This document shows positions 48,756 through 62,900 of a DNA stretch of 64,000 nucleotides, in pieces. The DNA lies in the NCBI GenBank assembly GCA_002633005.1, contig NMRA01000446.1, forward strand, positions 239,156 to 303,155. Reading direction: 5' to 3'. Position 1 is the first letter of the stretch; the number at the start of each line of letters is the position of its first letter. The notes below the pieces were generated by a model. That model did not search any database, was not told the DNA's origin, and saw only the letters and a list, made by a program, of their open reading frames with translations. The stretch comes from Phoronis australis (taxonomy: Eukaryota; Animalia; Phoronida). Both the position numbers and the translations under genes were made by a program.

Positions 48756-50793
48756 TGGTCTGGTGTACAAACCAATCGATCCTTAAAATTTATGTTCAGG
48801 AAATGTGAATCCTAGAAATTGTGGTTGCGCCTTTTCGGAGTATATCTTTCTACTGACTTTTGTTTACGATCATACTGTTCTGTATTCACACAGTATGAAT
48901 AACACACCGGTTAAATCGGCCAGATATGTGTTTATTGTACATGTATGTGCTTCAAGCACGAGGCTATTAAACATCACAAAGAAACAAAATAGTTGCTGCG
49001 ACGCCACTTGCATGACATGGCTAAAAATCGTTCACAGTCCGCCATTTTTCACGATGTTGTAAAGCTAACCAATGACTGTTGAGGTTACATCAACCAATGC
49101 TAAAGCGCGTGCCACTGCGTGATACCTGCGTGCAGGCTGGGCCGGCACCGACGTAGGGAACCAGCGAGCTGGTTGCAAGACAGTCTCGTTCATGAGTCGG
49201 CTCACCTAGAACTGCCAAACAACATGTATTTATGAGTCCGCTCAAAAGTAGTTCGAGAAAGAGACAATTTATCTGAAAGGAAAACAGAAAAATTAAGCCC
49301 TGCTATCGAAAGTAGAAACGGTCCCTTGGCATTGCTCTCGACGCTCGAGAGATAACTTCATGGGCTACATATGAAGGAAATCTCACCAGATATCGGTAAG
49401 ATAGTTTTGGCTAACCAAGTAATTGCAAAAGTTCTTTCAAATTTCTAGAAAACCAGCAACAATTAAATAAAACAAATTTATTTCGAAGATTTGTTGTATC
49501 TATGAAGTTTTAGGATCAAAGATTGATGTTTTATTAATAATATCAGGCGATAAACTTTCTTACGCGGCAACGTGGTCATTAATCCATTGAGGTTACAGGC
49601 ACAGGCTAATTCTAAATATCTTTGCCTGCCATCTGATGTTAGGCAAAATAACTGACCGCGTTTTTAACAAATGATGCAAAATACATCGTTTTTGCTCTTT
49701 TAAGATGTCTCGTTTCGTTGTCAGTTTGCATGTGTCTGCGATTACATTTTCAGGCCAAATAACATGCATGTAAGTCGTCATGGTCCACGTCCCAACCCGT
49801 GACACAACTGGCGACAATGAAACACGAGATGAACAAATTGCGCAGAATTACAAGAATGTATCTCAGACAACACTTGAATAATTGTTTAGAGTTTTAACCT
49901 TAAAAATGCTTCAAATTTCATATCCAGTTTGGTAGCCCAATGAGCATTGCTTACAAAGCAAGATCGTTGCGCCACCTCTGGTTTGAGATGCCAATAAAAC
50001 GCATCACCTTTTGTTATCTATCGTTTTTAGCAGGAAATGAACAACAAAAATACCACTGATTACATCAATGTTTCACAACAATGCAGAAAATAGTTTATTT
50101 ATTTTCCAGTTTGTAATTTATGCAACTCAATCAGCAAATACTGGGACACACAAAACAGAAAAAAGAATATCTTTCACACCATCACGCACACAATCACACA
50201 ATATCTCACTCATCCATTAATAATAAACTTCCAAAGTCTCCCCTATTTTCATTAAACGTTAACATACACGTGTTTTTACAGGTTATAATATCTTCACTGC
50301 AGCAATCCCGGACAAAATTCAAAAAAACGTTAGCACAGTTTCTTTTCTCTATATCCACTATTTTAAATAAACTGTTTCAATGAAAGTTTGATAGCTTGAA
50401 GATATCAACGGACATACCTACTTGTCAATAACACCATGGTTAAAATCGTGCAAGAATTTTTGATCAACTCACACTCTCAAGGTGTTTTAATATATGCAGC
50501 AAGAGCAAGTATCGTCTTCTTTGACATAGATAATTTTCAAGAAAGAATTTGTGGACATCATTTTAATTGGGAATCAAAACTGGAGCAATTTAAAATTTTC
50601 AAATATTTTGTAACGTAATGTGATTCACTTGTAGTCGAATGTGTACTAAAAGTGTCTATCCGTGTTCTAAATCAACGGGGCAGTTAAAACGCTTGCGTTC
50701 AATCAGCATTTGAATGATGGTTTTGCAAATGCTACTGAAACAACAGGTGTAGCAAAAGGAAGATTATTGTTATTACTGTAACCTTGAAAATGG

Positions 50794-50968
50794 GGTTGCT
50801 CCGACGTCTGAATATCCCCCCGTGATTGGATTGCTCCGACGTCTGAGTATCCCCCCGTGATTGAGTTGCTCCGACGTCTGAGTATCCCCACATGATTGGT
50901 TTGCTCCGACGTCTGAGTGTCCTCCCGTGAGTGGGTTGCTCCGAAGTCTGAGTATCCCCCGTGATTGC
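50794..50968. repeat. ~36-bp minisatellite x5 (TTGCTCCGACGTCTGAGTATCCCCCCGTGA...)
   Basis: Direct reading. Confidence 0.9.
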
Positions 50969-52131
50969 TTTCGAGGACAATTTCGAAAACCACAGGACTG
51001 GTGTGGATAACGAAATATTGATGTACTGGTTTAGGAAGAGCACGACTAATGGAAATTTTGTGGAAGACTAAGAATGGCACATTTGTTTTTAAAAGTGTTC
51101 CTAGGAACGTATTACAAACGAAGACGACATCTCATTGGAGGCAGACCACGGGCAAAGAACATGCTAACTGCACCGCAGGTCACCTTTCCAGACCTGTGAA
51201 AGCAACGGTTTTCCTAGTCACAAAATACTTGTGAAATTTGCACTATCGCAAATTATAACTCGATATACCATACGCAATGTATAACATTTCCACAAGCACA
51301 AGGCGAACGTTCGGGTAGTAATTTGGAATTTATCAATTGCTCCAGTTGCACCGTTGGAAGTAAGAAAAATTATCTCCCCTGACGTGTTTTTCGCGGTTTC
51401 TATTTAATTACTAGTAAAAAATGGCTCTTGTGTACAATAATTCTTTGTCTGGTGTGCGATTACTGATAGGGATTATATCGTATATAAGCACAACACGGCC
51501 TGGTCGTGGTCAAGACGCGGTGGCTTTTGAAGTTCAGCGTTCAAGAACACAACTTTTGTAAAGTGAATCGACAAGTTGTCCTGGAAAAGAAACACGCATG
51601 TCTACCGCACTCCTCAGAGATAATGCATATCCACTAAAGTCGTGACAAGCAAAAGCCGTGAAAATTTCACCAGTTCGCAGCAACGTTTCAATAAAACCCT
51701 TCCAAAACACGTGTGACAACTACCCAGGATGCTTTTGAAAGTTTAATGGTGAGTGGTATTGGCTTCAAAAGCGATACGATCACAGAAATAATGTTGTAAC
51801 AACACTCATGCCTAGTGATTTTACGTTTCTACCCGTACATAACGTAGAATTGTCGTGAGGACTTGACGGCTAGGGACCTCAGGATTCTCACACTCCACTG
51901 ATTTATCCACATTATTTTGAAAACACTTTGCCTGGTCACACATTGTGTGTCATAAAAGGGATAAGCATACCTGCAGCTGACGCAGCAAGTAGAACTACTC
52001 TCTTTTATCACATCGGTGTAGACTCACAGTTGAACTGTGGTTTTTTGTTCACCCCAGACCGTCCGGAGTTGCACCATACACCAACTGAGGACGGTCTCTC
52101 ACGACGATTTATCGTTATGCTTAATCCTCTC

Positions 52132-52395
52132 ACCACCACCACCTGTACCACCACCACCACCACCACCACCACCACCACCTCCAAAATAATAACAAGTACA
52201 TCAAAGAAAATTAATGCTTGAAATAAAACACCATGTAAACACACACATGTATACACACACGTATACACACACGTATACACACACGTATACACACACGTAT
52301 ACACACACGTATACACACACGTATACACACACGTATACAAACACGTATACACACACGTATACACACACGTATACACACATGTATACACACACATG
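52132..52395. repeat. (ACC)n tract followed by (ACACACGTAT)n 10-bp satellite
   Basis: Direct reading. Confidence 0.93.
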
Positions 52396-54342
52396 TAACA
52401 TAAAATCATGGTTGCTACTGGTAAGTAATAAGGGTTTCCCTAAAAACAGTTTGAAGGGGTTGGATATTTCATAGAATAAAGTAATTATTCATGCAGTATT
52501 TAAAATGTTCATACTTAGGGATAATCTAGTCCCTAGAGCATTTGTAAAAATGATATTGACATATATTCAACATGAAGTTTGTATCCTAAGACTACATCCA
52601 AATGATGCCATCAAAATATTGTTTTACCTAAGATTAGACTGTGTTGGGCTGTTAAGCAGACTAAGACTTTTGAATATCGTATTACACAATTTTCACGAAT
52701 GAAAATCCGCAAACACTGTGGTTAAAGGTTTCAGCAGCTCCAAAGAATAAACATGTCCTTGCTAACTAATCGCATATTTTCAAAACTCATGTTGCATAAG
52801 TCTTTCTGTGAGTATAATAATAATATTTAAAAGTGCTAACAAAAGAGTTCTTGAAAGTTGACAAGGCTTACAAAGAGCTGTTGTTGTTCAAATAGTTCAA
52901 GCTTCCTGTTTTAGTTCATACTAATCAATAAAACTAAAATTTGGTTTAGTATCGTTTTATGTTGCCGTTTATAAGATGGAAAATGCAATTGACATGTCTT
53001 GGCCGCATTTGCAATAAGTGTGGTTAGCGACGATACATGAGAGTTACATGTATGCTCAATCCAATGGAAAATCAAGACATACCGATGACTAATCAATCTT
53101 CAACCAGTAAAGAATTACGTGACATCACAGTGCAGTATCGGCAATTACTGAAATTAAGAGTAATTGTACGTCTATAGGCACTGAACGTCAATTTTCTTTT
53201 AGATGTGAATGAATGGGCAGGCTCGAGGGAAGCAATGGCGACGAAGATGACCAACGGAAGTAGTGACCGTCAGTGAACTTATGAATGACGATGGTTATGC
53301 CGATGTTGTTGATGATGATGATACCATGACGACGACCAAAATGACGGCGATAGTGGTAACACTTCAACTATATATGAGTGTTCCCTATCCTTTATAGTCA
53401 TGTTCACTACTGTTTAAATAAACAAGTTTGTGGCTTTCCTCTGGAAGATTCTAACTGCATAATTTTATCAAGATCGTCCGACACTTATTCTCACACAGCG
53501 CACGTGCTGACGATGGTCAGAGTTTGAAATCGAAACGCTGAAACAATTATTGTCTATGCTTACTTCCAGAATTTGCTGAAATGGCTAATTCAATTCTTGT
53601 CGGAACTAACCGTGCTGTACAGTAGTGATACACAGGGTACGGGTCTACTAACAGACATGTGCAATCTCGAGGTTAGTCCTACCGTTTCCCGAATCAGGAA
53701 AAACGATTAAGCGTCCCCGGGGTAAACATCTCAGAATCAATATACATTCAATGGTTTATGTGTAATATGCCATGTTTCTTTGGACAGGGACGAAACAAAA
53801 TTACCATTGATCGGTCGTAAACGTTTATATTTGGGCTGTTTGCCCAAGGGAATGTTTGCAAGAGCCGTGAATCCGTCTAATCAAATGTTTCAACCTTTTA
53901 ACACAGGTAATCATGAGAATCACTGCTTGCCCAGATTATAATTTGATAAACAAAATGCATTTGAACTGAGGTTATACTAAACAATCAAGGGTTTGTACTA
54001 AGCAGTCGGGGGGGGGGGGNGAGACCTCAGTGAATAGTTGTCGATGGTACGCACGTGCATATGAGGAAGACACTAAATAACCGAGGCTTTCGTCTCCAAC
54101 TGTCTCTTTCTCGCACTGTAGACGCATCTCACACGCGTCCGGGGAGGCGGTAATGTTTTATTCTTCATGCCAGCGCCAATAAAGACTGGTGTAGACCCCT
54201 TTTCTTGTAAATAAGAGACTGACATTTTCTCGCGTCTCGTTTTAATCAACACTTTTCACACGTCATAACACCTCATAGCCGAGAATATATGTTTGAACAT
54301 TTTCCAGTGAACTCTGGTTTCGGTAATGCGTTTTTATCTCAC

Positions 54343-54517
<175 letters not shown>

Positions 54518-54653
54518 CACTAAGCAACGCCCTGTTAACAAAAATGTTTAGGGCGGGAACCATGCTCACTGAATGAGCGGTGCACCATAGGGGTTCATGT
54601 GCTAAGACTAATGTGGACTAAGGTGCAAACTCGACGGAAACAGTGAATATGTT

Positions 54654-54816
54654 AGTGGTGGTAATGGATGATGTGGTGGTGGAGGTGATGGTGGTGGTTA
54701 TGGTGGAGATGGTGACGATGGTGAAGGTGGTGGTGGCGGAGGTGGTGATGAAGGGGGTAGTTGTGGTGGTTGTTATGGCGATGGTGGTGACGGATGTGAT
54801 AGTAGTGGTGGTGATG
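54654..54816. repeat. Degenerate (GGT/GAT)n trinucleotide repeat
   Basis: Direct reading. Confidence 0.85.
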
Positions 54817-55298
54817 GGGACAATGGCGATTCTCCCCACCCAGTCGTTACGAGTTCTCTCCCATTAATAGGGGCTGATGCACAGAATTGAGTTTGGGGGC
54901 CAGCGTCATTGACCGTTAGATGAACAACTCAACATACGCAAACGTTTCCATGTGACATTTCGTTAAGGGAACGTAAACCGCCTAGCGCTACTTACGGCCA
55001 GGATTCCTTACATATCCCTTTAATGACATGTTTAGTCAGTGGATAAACACAAATGCGTAAGGAATAACAATGCCCAGGCGTAAATATTCAAGAAAATTTT
55101 ACAGAGATTACGTATTGGGGTAAGCACAGAATAGCTAGGTTGCCTTTACAACAATTTTTCTGTGATCATATCTCTTCTTTATTTGTGCGGCGATCGTCCG
55201 GTTTTTGATCTTATTGTGGCCACAAACAGATTTAATTATCCATATCTCTTCTGATGGCAATACCACTTCCATTTAAACATAAAACAACATCCTCCGTT

Positions 55299-55376
55299 GT
55301 CTTGCCTACTTGGGAAGTCTTGCCTACTTGGGAAGTCTTGCCTACTTGGGAAGTCTTGCCTACTTGGGAAGTCTTG
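55299..55376. repeat. 18-bp minisatellite x4 (GTCTTGCCTACTTGGGAA)
   Basis: Direct reading. Confidence 0.92.
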
Positions 55377-56381
55377 TTATTTAAAGGTTGTCGTAAGCTG
55401 ATGAAAATCTCATGTTACAGTTTAATTAATGGATATGCGTCATTCCTGACGAGTGCAATAGGCATGCGTTTTTCATTTTCAGGACAACATTTCGGTTCAC
55501 TTTGCAAAGGTCTATGATTTTTGAGCGTTGAATTTCTATGAAACAAAATACTCCTCCATGACCCTCGTAAACCCTCAGAAGTGTGAAGCAAATTTAAAAA
55601 CGCCTAACGGCAATTAAGTCTGCTAAGCGGACACGCGTGTCACTACGCTTTAGGCGAATTACACCACTGCAGGAACAGACCAAGAACCATAACATCCCTC
55701 CCGTGATTTACCAGCTCCTGTCACTCAAGTGAGACGCCAATGGTGCATTAGCAGAGGCAGAACGACGGTGGTAGAAATCACCAAACCAGGGCTTAGTATC
55801 CTTTTAAACAAGGAAAGCTGCCAGGTTGAGTCCTGCACGTGCAGAACAGCTTGATTAAGGCCATACGTCTATTGTATCGTCAGGCTTACAATTGTAGGCC
55901 TATGCAAGGCATTTAAACCCTTGAAAATCGTTGGCGAAGACATGACAGGTAGTGTTATTGGAAATAGTGATTAGCATAATTATATGCTAATAGCTTGCAA
56001 CACTATACAGCTCTTAGCTGTTTTGTTTTGAAAAAATGATGCGGTTTGTGGTATTTTTGTCGTGCATTTCCCGCTAATTTGAATCCGTTTTATTCTGGCT
56101 AAGTCTTGACAAATTCTCAACACGGGTGTTGCTCCATTCAGGTTATTGAAATCGCACAAGTCCATAACGCAAATAAACAATAAGCGGCAATAGGCGCAAT
56201 AACGCCACATTAAACGCCGACACTAGTAAGATAAAAACTCTATTTTATTGCGACCAAAGTTCCCCTAAATTACCAAATGAAAGCGCTCTGAGGTGCGACA
56301 CAAATCGAATGAAACGATTAGAGGAAGGTTGACGACAAAACCAAAAAAAGCCACCACAACCCCGACGTTCATTGAACCAAC

Positions 56382-56451
56382 CATGGGCGGGGCACCACAG
56401 GATGGGTGGAGGGGCTGTAGCCCCACTTTTTTCAGTGCTGCGCTGCCTGTG
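56382..56451. mobile_element. ~70-bp MITE (GGGCGGCGCA family)
   Basis: CATGGGCGGGGCA / TGCGCTGCCTGTG; TSD CCAAC/CCATC; interior shared with the 26964 copy. Confidence 0.65.
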
Positions 56452-57698
56452 CCATCGTGTCGCAGTAACTTATAACAACAAAATTACATTGAGGAACCAG
56501 TAAACAAAAGAGCATTCATCAAACAAAAATCGAATAACCAGAGAATGGTAAATTGAGGGCGAGGAATCGACACCCCTGATGGACTTGAGGAGATCTATCT
56601 AAATGCCAAATTTCAAAAGGTTCTTCCTGAAGATCCCGAATACGAAGCGCCGGAAAAAATATTAAAAATGCCCGTCAGATTTCGCTCCCTCAAAAACAGG
56701 TCTCAGCCTTTTGACGAGGTACGCACTGTATGTAGAATTCATCTGGATCAGAAGAGAAATGCGACCTGTAGCCTAAATATGCATAATTTTATATGATAGA
56801 CCAACAAAGATGAACCGAATAATTGGTCAATAAAAGAACAAGCACATATCTCGACAACGTTAAGTCGTAACCGGATATCCCTTGACGATATATATCAACA
56901 GAAAGCAATTAAAAGAATCCGTCTAGTGTCGCCGCAGATATAGAACGAGAAATCAATATACTGGAAGACGGTATTCGAAAAATCTCGAGGAACTCAAGAA
57001 TGACGAGTTGTAACGATACAATTTAAAGTAGTTCTTGACGAGATTTATCTTACGTATCAAATTTCAACAGAACCTCTAAAAAACTCCGGAGCTAGAGCGC
57101 CATATAGTGTTTAGTGTCGACCAAAGCTGAAAGGTCTCAGTTACATGACGTGTGAAAATTGTATGCCGGTCGGACGTGATAATGAGACGTAAGATTTTAC
57201 CAAAACAGTTTAAATTCAAGTTTTTGTGAGCATTGAAGGCTGAGAAACGTACCATTTGCCCGGGCAACCATACGTGCCGAGTGTTGCACAATATATCCCA
57301 ACAACTTCTCGTGCGACTTTTGAGACCAGTTACGGAGAGCCAGTTTAACCGTCTCTTGGCTAACTATTCATTTGTTGTTATGATGGAAGTTTACACACGC
57401 GCAGATATGAAACACCTGCGAGGGATAATTTGAAGCTAGGAAAATACCCGAGATTTTCCGCGACAATGGGCCTTAGAGGAGAGGAGGATGGGTTGTCTTA
57501 TCAACTCGAATAGAGGTTTCCGTTCCCCAAATAATGAACAGCGACGGATTCCGTGTGGATTGGTATTCTGAAATTTGTGTAGATGAGAACCTTTAACTAC
57601 AGAATTCATTCACAAAATAATGTGAAAAAGTGGAGATGAACAATGGCGTACGGACGAAGTATTTGTGAAGAAGAAGGAAGCTGCTCAAAACCTGGCGC

Positions 57699-57783
57699 TT
57701 AAAACTTAAAACTTAAGTGACTTAAGACTAAAGTGACTTAAGACTAAAGTGACTTAAGACTAAAGTGACTTAAGACTTAAGAC
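57699..57783. repeat. 16-bp tandem repeat (AAAGTGACTTAAGACT) x~4
   Basis: Direct reading; an inverted remnant lies at ~57955-57978. Confidence 0.8.
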
Positions 57784-59174
57784 AGACATTTGGTCTTAAG
57801 GTCCCACTTCACAAATGTTAAATAAGTTTTAGTCAAGTAATTATTAGCGCATCACAGTCTAGAAATAATTTATAGAAATCATCTCAGTAATTAGCAGTTA
57901 TGTGCTTATTCTATTTTAAAGAAATAATTGTGTGGAGCGTAAGACCAAATTTCAGTCTTAAGTAAGTATTAAGTCACCTTTCATTAAATAAACCCCAGAA
58001 CCATTTTGACCATGTTTTAATCGTTCTGTCTCAATAGACAAAGTGTCAATAATCGTTGATATGTGAATTTAAAGGAGAATGCCACCCTAAAAACAACCTA
58101 TTTTGTATAAATTTAGATCGAGTAGTTCCATTCGATGACGGCAGACGGAGGTGTTGAATTATCCAATGACGTCATTGGTTTCACACCCAGTCTGTTCAGC
58201 AGTTCACAACACGGGTTACTGGTGTCAGCCTATCGCTTGAATTCATCGTTTAACACCAATAAATGATCAAACTTCGATGTAAAACGCTTAAAAATATACC
58301 GAGTTCTTACAAAAACACTTGCTGTTTTATTTCGCTGTCACGGATTTATTGGTATTTGGACACATCGTAGCCTACAAAGTTCGGCAAGCCAATTTGCCAA
58401 AGTCCGTAGCAGAAGTTTGGGGTCTGTTCGGAGATAAATTCGAAGATTCTTCCGTGAAATACAGACAGGAGAACCTAGATCTGTGTTGTTTAGACTTGTG
58501 ATTTTTTGAGTTCTAAACACACAAAACGCTTGTTATCCAGGCCAGTGGCTCGGAACCCGATCAGGCCCGTCGCGGCCGGACTGATTCGTTATCCCAGCCA
58601 GTGGTTCGGAACCCGATCAGGCTTGTCGCGGCCGGACTGAAGACATCACAAACATAAACCAGCCAAAAATGGAAAATAAACTTCCAGTCAAGAAAATGCT
58701 ATACTAGTGAGCCAAAGAAGTAAGGTGCACGTGAATATGTTGGTGAATTAGCCACGAAACTGAAAATCTACTGACTAGCTCGTCGGGGGCTGTGAAGACA
58801 GGTTCCCCTTTGGCCACGGAACCGTCAGGGCAGAAGTTGTACATTGACAATCATTATTTGAATAATGTATATGTAAATAAAGATTCCCCTAACACCTGTC
58901 TGTGGGATAGAAAATCGAGTTATTGTTTCACAACAGTTTCTGTCAGCAAACACTGAATTAGCATGCGCTCACACTGGTCAATTAGTTTTATTGCACCTAA
59001 AGCCCGTAACGCAGTGATTTATTCATTGCTGGCTTCTCATCATTCAAATCATTTGCACTCACGAACACTCCAAATGCATTACAAATTGCATCTAATGAGA
59101 CAGACTTTGTTTCAGTATTGGTTAGGGTGAGAATAATTCATTTTGAAACATAACGCTGAGTATTAAACGTCAAC

Positions 59175-59597
59175 ATGGCAACTCGCAATTCCTATTTGGA
59201 GGAGTACTCATCTGACGAAGACTTCCCAGGTAGATCCTTAGGTTTCTCAGGATATCAGTTCGAACCAGAATACACTGATCAAGAAATGTTAGAGAGGCGA
59301 TGTGAACGTGCACAGACAATGGAGCATATGGATAGTTCCGAAACCTCCTCAATGACTTGTCATGGTGTCAGTGCGCTAACTGCACCATAATGGAAACGAC
59401 TGACGCTTGTGTTTGTTGCCACACGAAATTCAACATGTGAAACACCTTCTTGGAGAAGCAGAAATGTGTCTCACGGATCACCCTGATTTTACACCGCATC
59501 TGAACAGAGATGTGCTCACGACGTTTTTAAGGGCTGGGAAAAGGAACTGCCGAAAACTTCCTACACCCAGAGGACCAAACAGAAGCCTAACGAACGA
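59175..59597 (+). pseudogene. KolX-like / P2X7 ballast-like protein exon 1, frameshifted
   Basis: GYQFEPEY...(fs)SWCQCANCTIMETTDACVCC(fs)HEI...CLTDHPDF...LTNE, ending at a GTAAGT donor. Confidence 0.8.
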
Positions 59598-59659
59598 GTA
59601 AGTCATGAAACAGGTTACAGAACATGCTCGCACCCAGCCTAAACTATAGGAGTGGGCCT

Positions 59660-59960
59660 GCCGAACGCAAACACACTAGGCACAGCATCTGACGTCAGCT
59701 TGGGTCGCTTTTTCTGCCCTGGCATGAGCTGTTTGGCAAGCCGGGATTCGTCAGTGAAATCACTGTCCACGAAATGCCGGCCACAGACACGGAGATGTTT
59801 GACGGCCTCGTAATTGGTATGAACGCCGTACTTTTCATTTTTCGCTGCCGCGAGTCACTTGCGAAGCATTTTCGGGCTCTAGAGGAAATCGAAAAAACGA
59901 TGTACCTGCTTTCCTCGCAGCTGCATAGTTCGCACAAGTGGAAGGAACACACCACACCAT
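59660..59960 (-). pseudogene. THAP domain of Kolobok transposase, inactivated
   Basis: MVWCVPSTCANY...SFFRFP(fs)MLRK*LAAAKNE..GVHTNYEAVKHLRVCGRHF...LTSDAVPSVF; the conserved Trp is now TGA; aligns by eye with the THAP of copy A. Confidence 0.8.
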
Positions 59961-62900
59961 GGCGGCACTCACTCTGCAGATGAACCACTGACGTCGCTGC
60001 GGAGTTTCTCACCTTCCTCACAGGTTAACGCGACACCTTTCGGCAAGGTATGGTCGACCGCGTACGAGCCGATGTGGCCACAGACCGATTAAGGCGGTGA
60101 AAAAGACTAATTAAATCGGGTGGCATTGTCCTTTAAGCATATCGTTTCGAGATCAAATAGTTCCCAACTGAATGTGAACGACCTTAACGATCCGTAGAAT
60201 CTGATCAACTATATTATCATGTATTCTTGTTACACAATATTTTAAAGCCGGTGCTGAACGCAAGTTACAATGTTTCTCATACGCGGGGAGAAAAATAATG
60301 AGCAATGATTTTCATTAGATAGTCTAAGTATTGATGTTTGAAAATTGAATCAATTTTAATTGCATAAGAAATATTTCTTTTATCTGCCATGCATTTGTCG
60401 CCTAAATGACTAATGCTAAATCGATTGACATAATTCACAGCTGACACACGCTAATTTAGAGTCTCGTTTTCAAAAAAAAGCAAAGAAAATTTAGACAGCA
60501 GGCAAAAACTTGATAAGTCTTCTAAATAAAGTTTTGCTGACAAAGTCACGTTAGAAACAAACATAACGGAATTACCTACAACTATCACAGTGAGGGGGGG
60601 AGGTTGTTGTCAAGCTTAAGATTGCGAATTGAAAAGTTATCAATGTTTAAATTTGGGATGATTCTCTTTAAACTTGCCTTATCATAACGAAGTAGCCAAG
60701 TATGACATTCTATGTCATTAGGTAAACACCACTCTCACTGGTCAAACACCGGGTAATATGATTTACACCAGCCAATGAAAAACAAGGTCACATACAGTGA
60801 GCAGCTTACTGTATGTCTGCTTCCAGTAAAGCCATGTGTGATTGAAGTGATTATTAGTTTGTCATTATTTAAAGTGGCCAGTTTAATTGCCCACGAACAC
60901 TTTCACAAATTTCTAAGCCCTTTTTATAATTCAGCTTCGTAGTATTAAAAATAGTGTACATACATGTATTCATTCAAAATTTGCGAACAGGACATGTTCG
61001 GTGAAGCTATCAAGTCTTAGCCTAGCCCTAGCCCTAAGCATTCGCCTTCGATTCGTAGGATTCAATACGGCTCGGATTGGGATTTGCCAGCAAATTTGTT
61101 ATCTGGTTTCACTACGTTCACACGTAGTCCTGTGAATCTCAGGTACCTCGAATAATCAAAAGTTACCGTGCTAAGGATTTGCTGGTGGTAATTCAGCTCG
61201 TGATATTTGTATGATCATTTGACGGCATGACGTACGTCTTAACGTGGCGGAAAAGGCTTGTGAATTTATAGCGCAAAGAAAGCTAGAATTGGCTGAAAAA
61301 TAAACAATACACATTTTCCGAAGATTCAAGTGAAATTTTACCATATGTAGCAATGCGGAAGACAGACGGTCAAAGGATTAAATGCACATATACCACAAAA
61401 TTATCCACATCGGCATTCCATTAAACAGAAGAAATAATACATTTTATAGGAACACTGAAAAATGCAACGGACTATAAGGCTATGAGTTTGATGTCAACTT
61501 AAAAGCCTTAGCATTTCTTTGGATATAAGTCCAACCGCTATTTTTCATGTGTGTTTCGCCCATTTAGTCATGACCTGTATTATCGCAGTCCACTGACTAA
61601 AGCCATTCCATGAAAATATTCAATTAAATATCAAAACAAAACAAAACAAAACAAAAGAACAGATGTTTCAATGCTTACAATGGAAACATATGTCAAAGTA
61701 ATGTGTTTTCTAAGTAAAATAAAAATGGCCTTCTATTAGAACATAAGCCCAAAAAGACATGACCTTATTTTTTGGGGAATTTATAGTATGCACTGACAAG
61801 TTCGAAGTTCTCGTGTTTACTGTGTGGCAGACAACAGAAGGAAAATCAGGGATACAGTAGACTGAGCTTTCTCTTTTTACACCAAACTGTTCTTGGTGAT
61901 TTTCTTCGGCTGACTATTCCTGGATAGTTTACACGCATGCATGCATGATGGCACCGACAATCTCATTAAAACAACCCCTTAAATCAAAAAAATGAAAAAC
62001 TCTACAGTAACTGTAAATGTAAATGTTAGTATTGACTGCGATAAGTTAGCCGCAGATATGGCAATTTTTACATAGACCATATAGCTGTATGTTTCCGAAC
62101 CCTGACATCACCAAGCCACACCACCTTTCAGCTACCGACGATATTTCCACCTGGAACCTATTTATTCAAGAAGCGAAACCAGTCAATTGTTCCATTTCTG
62201 GTTAACTGGACGCCACAAAACGCAAACTCATTTTCATTTAACGGTTCCAGGGAAGAACAGGGGTACACTGAAATGTCCACGTATATTGTTTTGAGGGAAA
62301 CGTCGTTTAAGGACTACATTCTAAGAAATGGTCTCTTCAGCAGCAGAAAAAACACACGCATTAAAGGAGGGGTGCTGGAATGATCCCATGAATCTCTGTT
62401 CCCGGAGACGAACGAATTAGATTTCTTATATTCGTAAACCGGGCACTGTGCCAAGTCAAAGACACACTATGTTGGGTGGAACTGTAATTACGTCAGAACT
62501 TAGATGACAGATACAGTAAATTACACGAGCTTAATTATTGCGGAAAAATCAATAAAAGTAAAGGGGAAATTAGTTACCAATAAAGATGGCCACACGTGTT
62601 CACTTTACTGAAGGCATTTCGCCGCAGTTGTTTAAAGGCTTCAAAAGTTATGATGAGATTTTGCAAATGTATTTACAAAGGTGTATACATGTAGTTTTTG
62701 CGATAAACTTTCCTTTATTTTGGCTGTGAAATATTTAGCAATTTTTATTAAAATCTAAAATAAAAATGTATATTTATGGCTTCAATTTTTACAGTTTCAC
62801 AAATATGAATATCCGTTCCTCTGGTGAGGATTACAGGGTGCAAAAGACAGTAGATTCGCATGACCTCACTTCCATCTCGAACACCTCGGTTAATTTCGTA

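Larger units (their letters stand above)
58073..60132. mobile_element. Internally deleted Kolobok-type DNA transposon (copy B, different family from copy A)
   Basis: TTAA|AGGAGAATGCCACCC ... GGGTGGCATTGTCCT|TTAA (14/15 TIR match); KolX-like relic on + and THAP relic on -, convergent. Confidence 0.85.
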
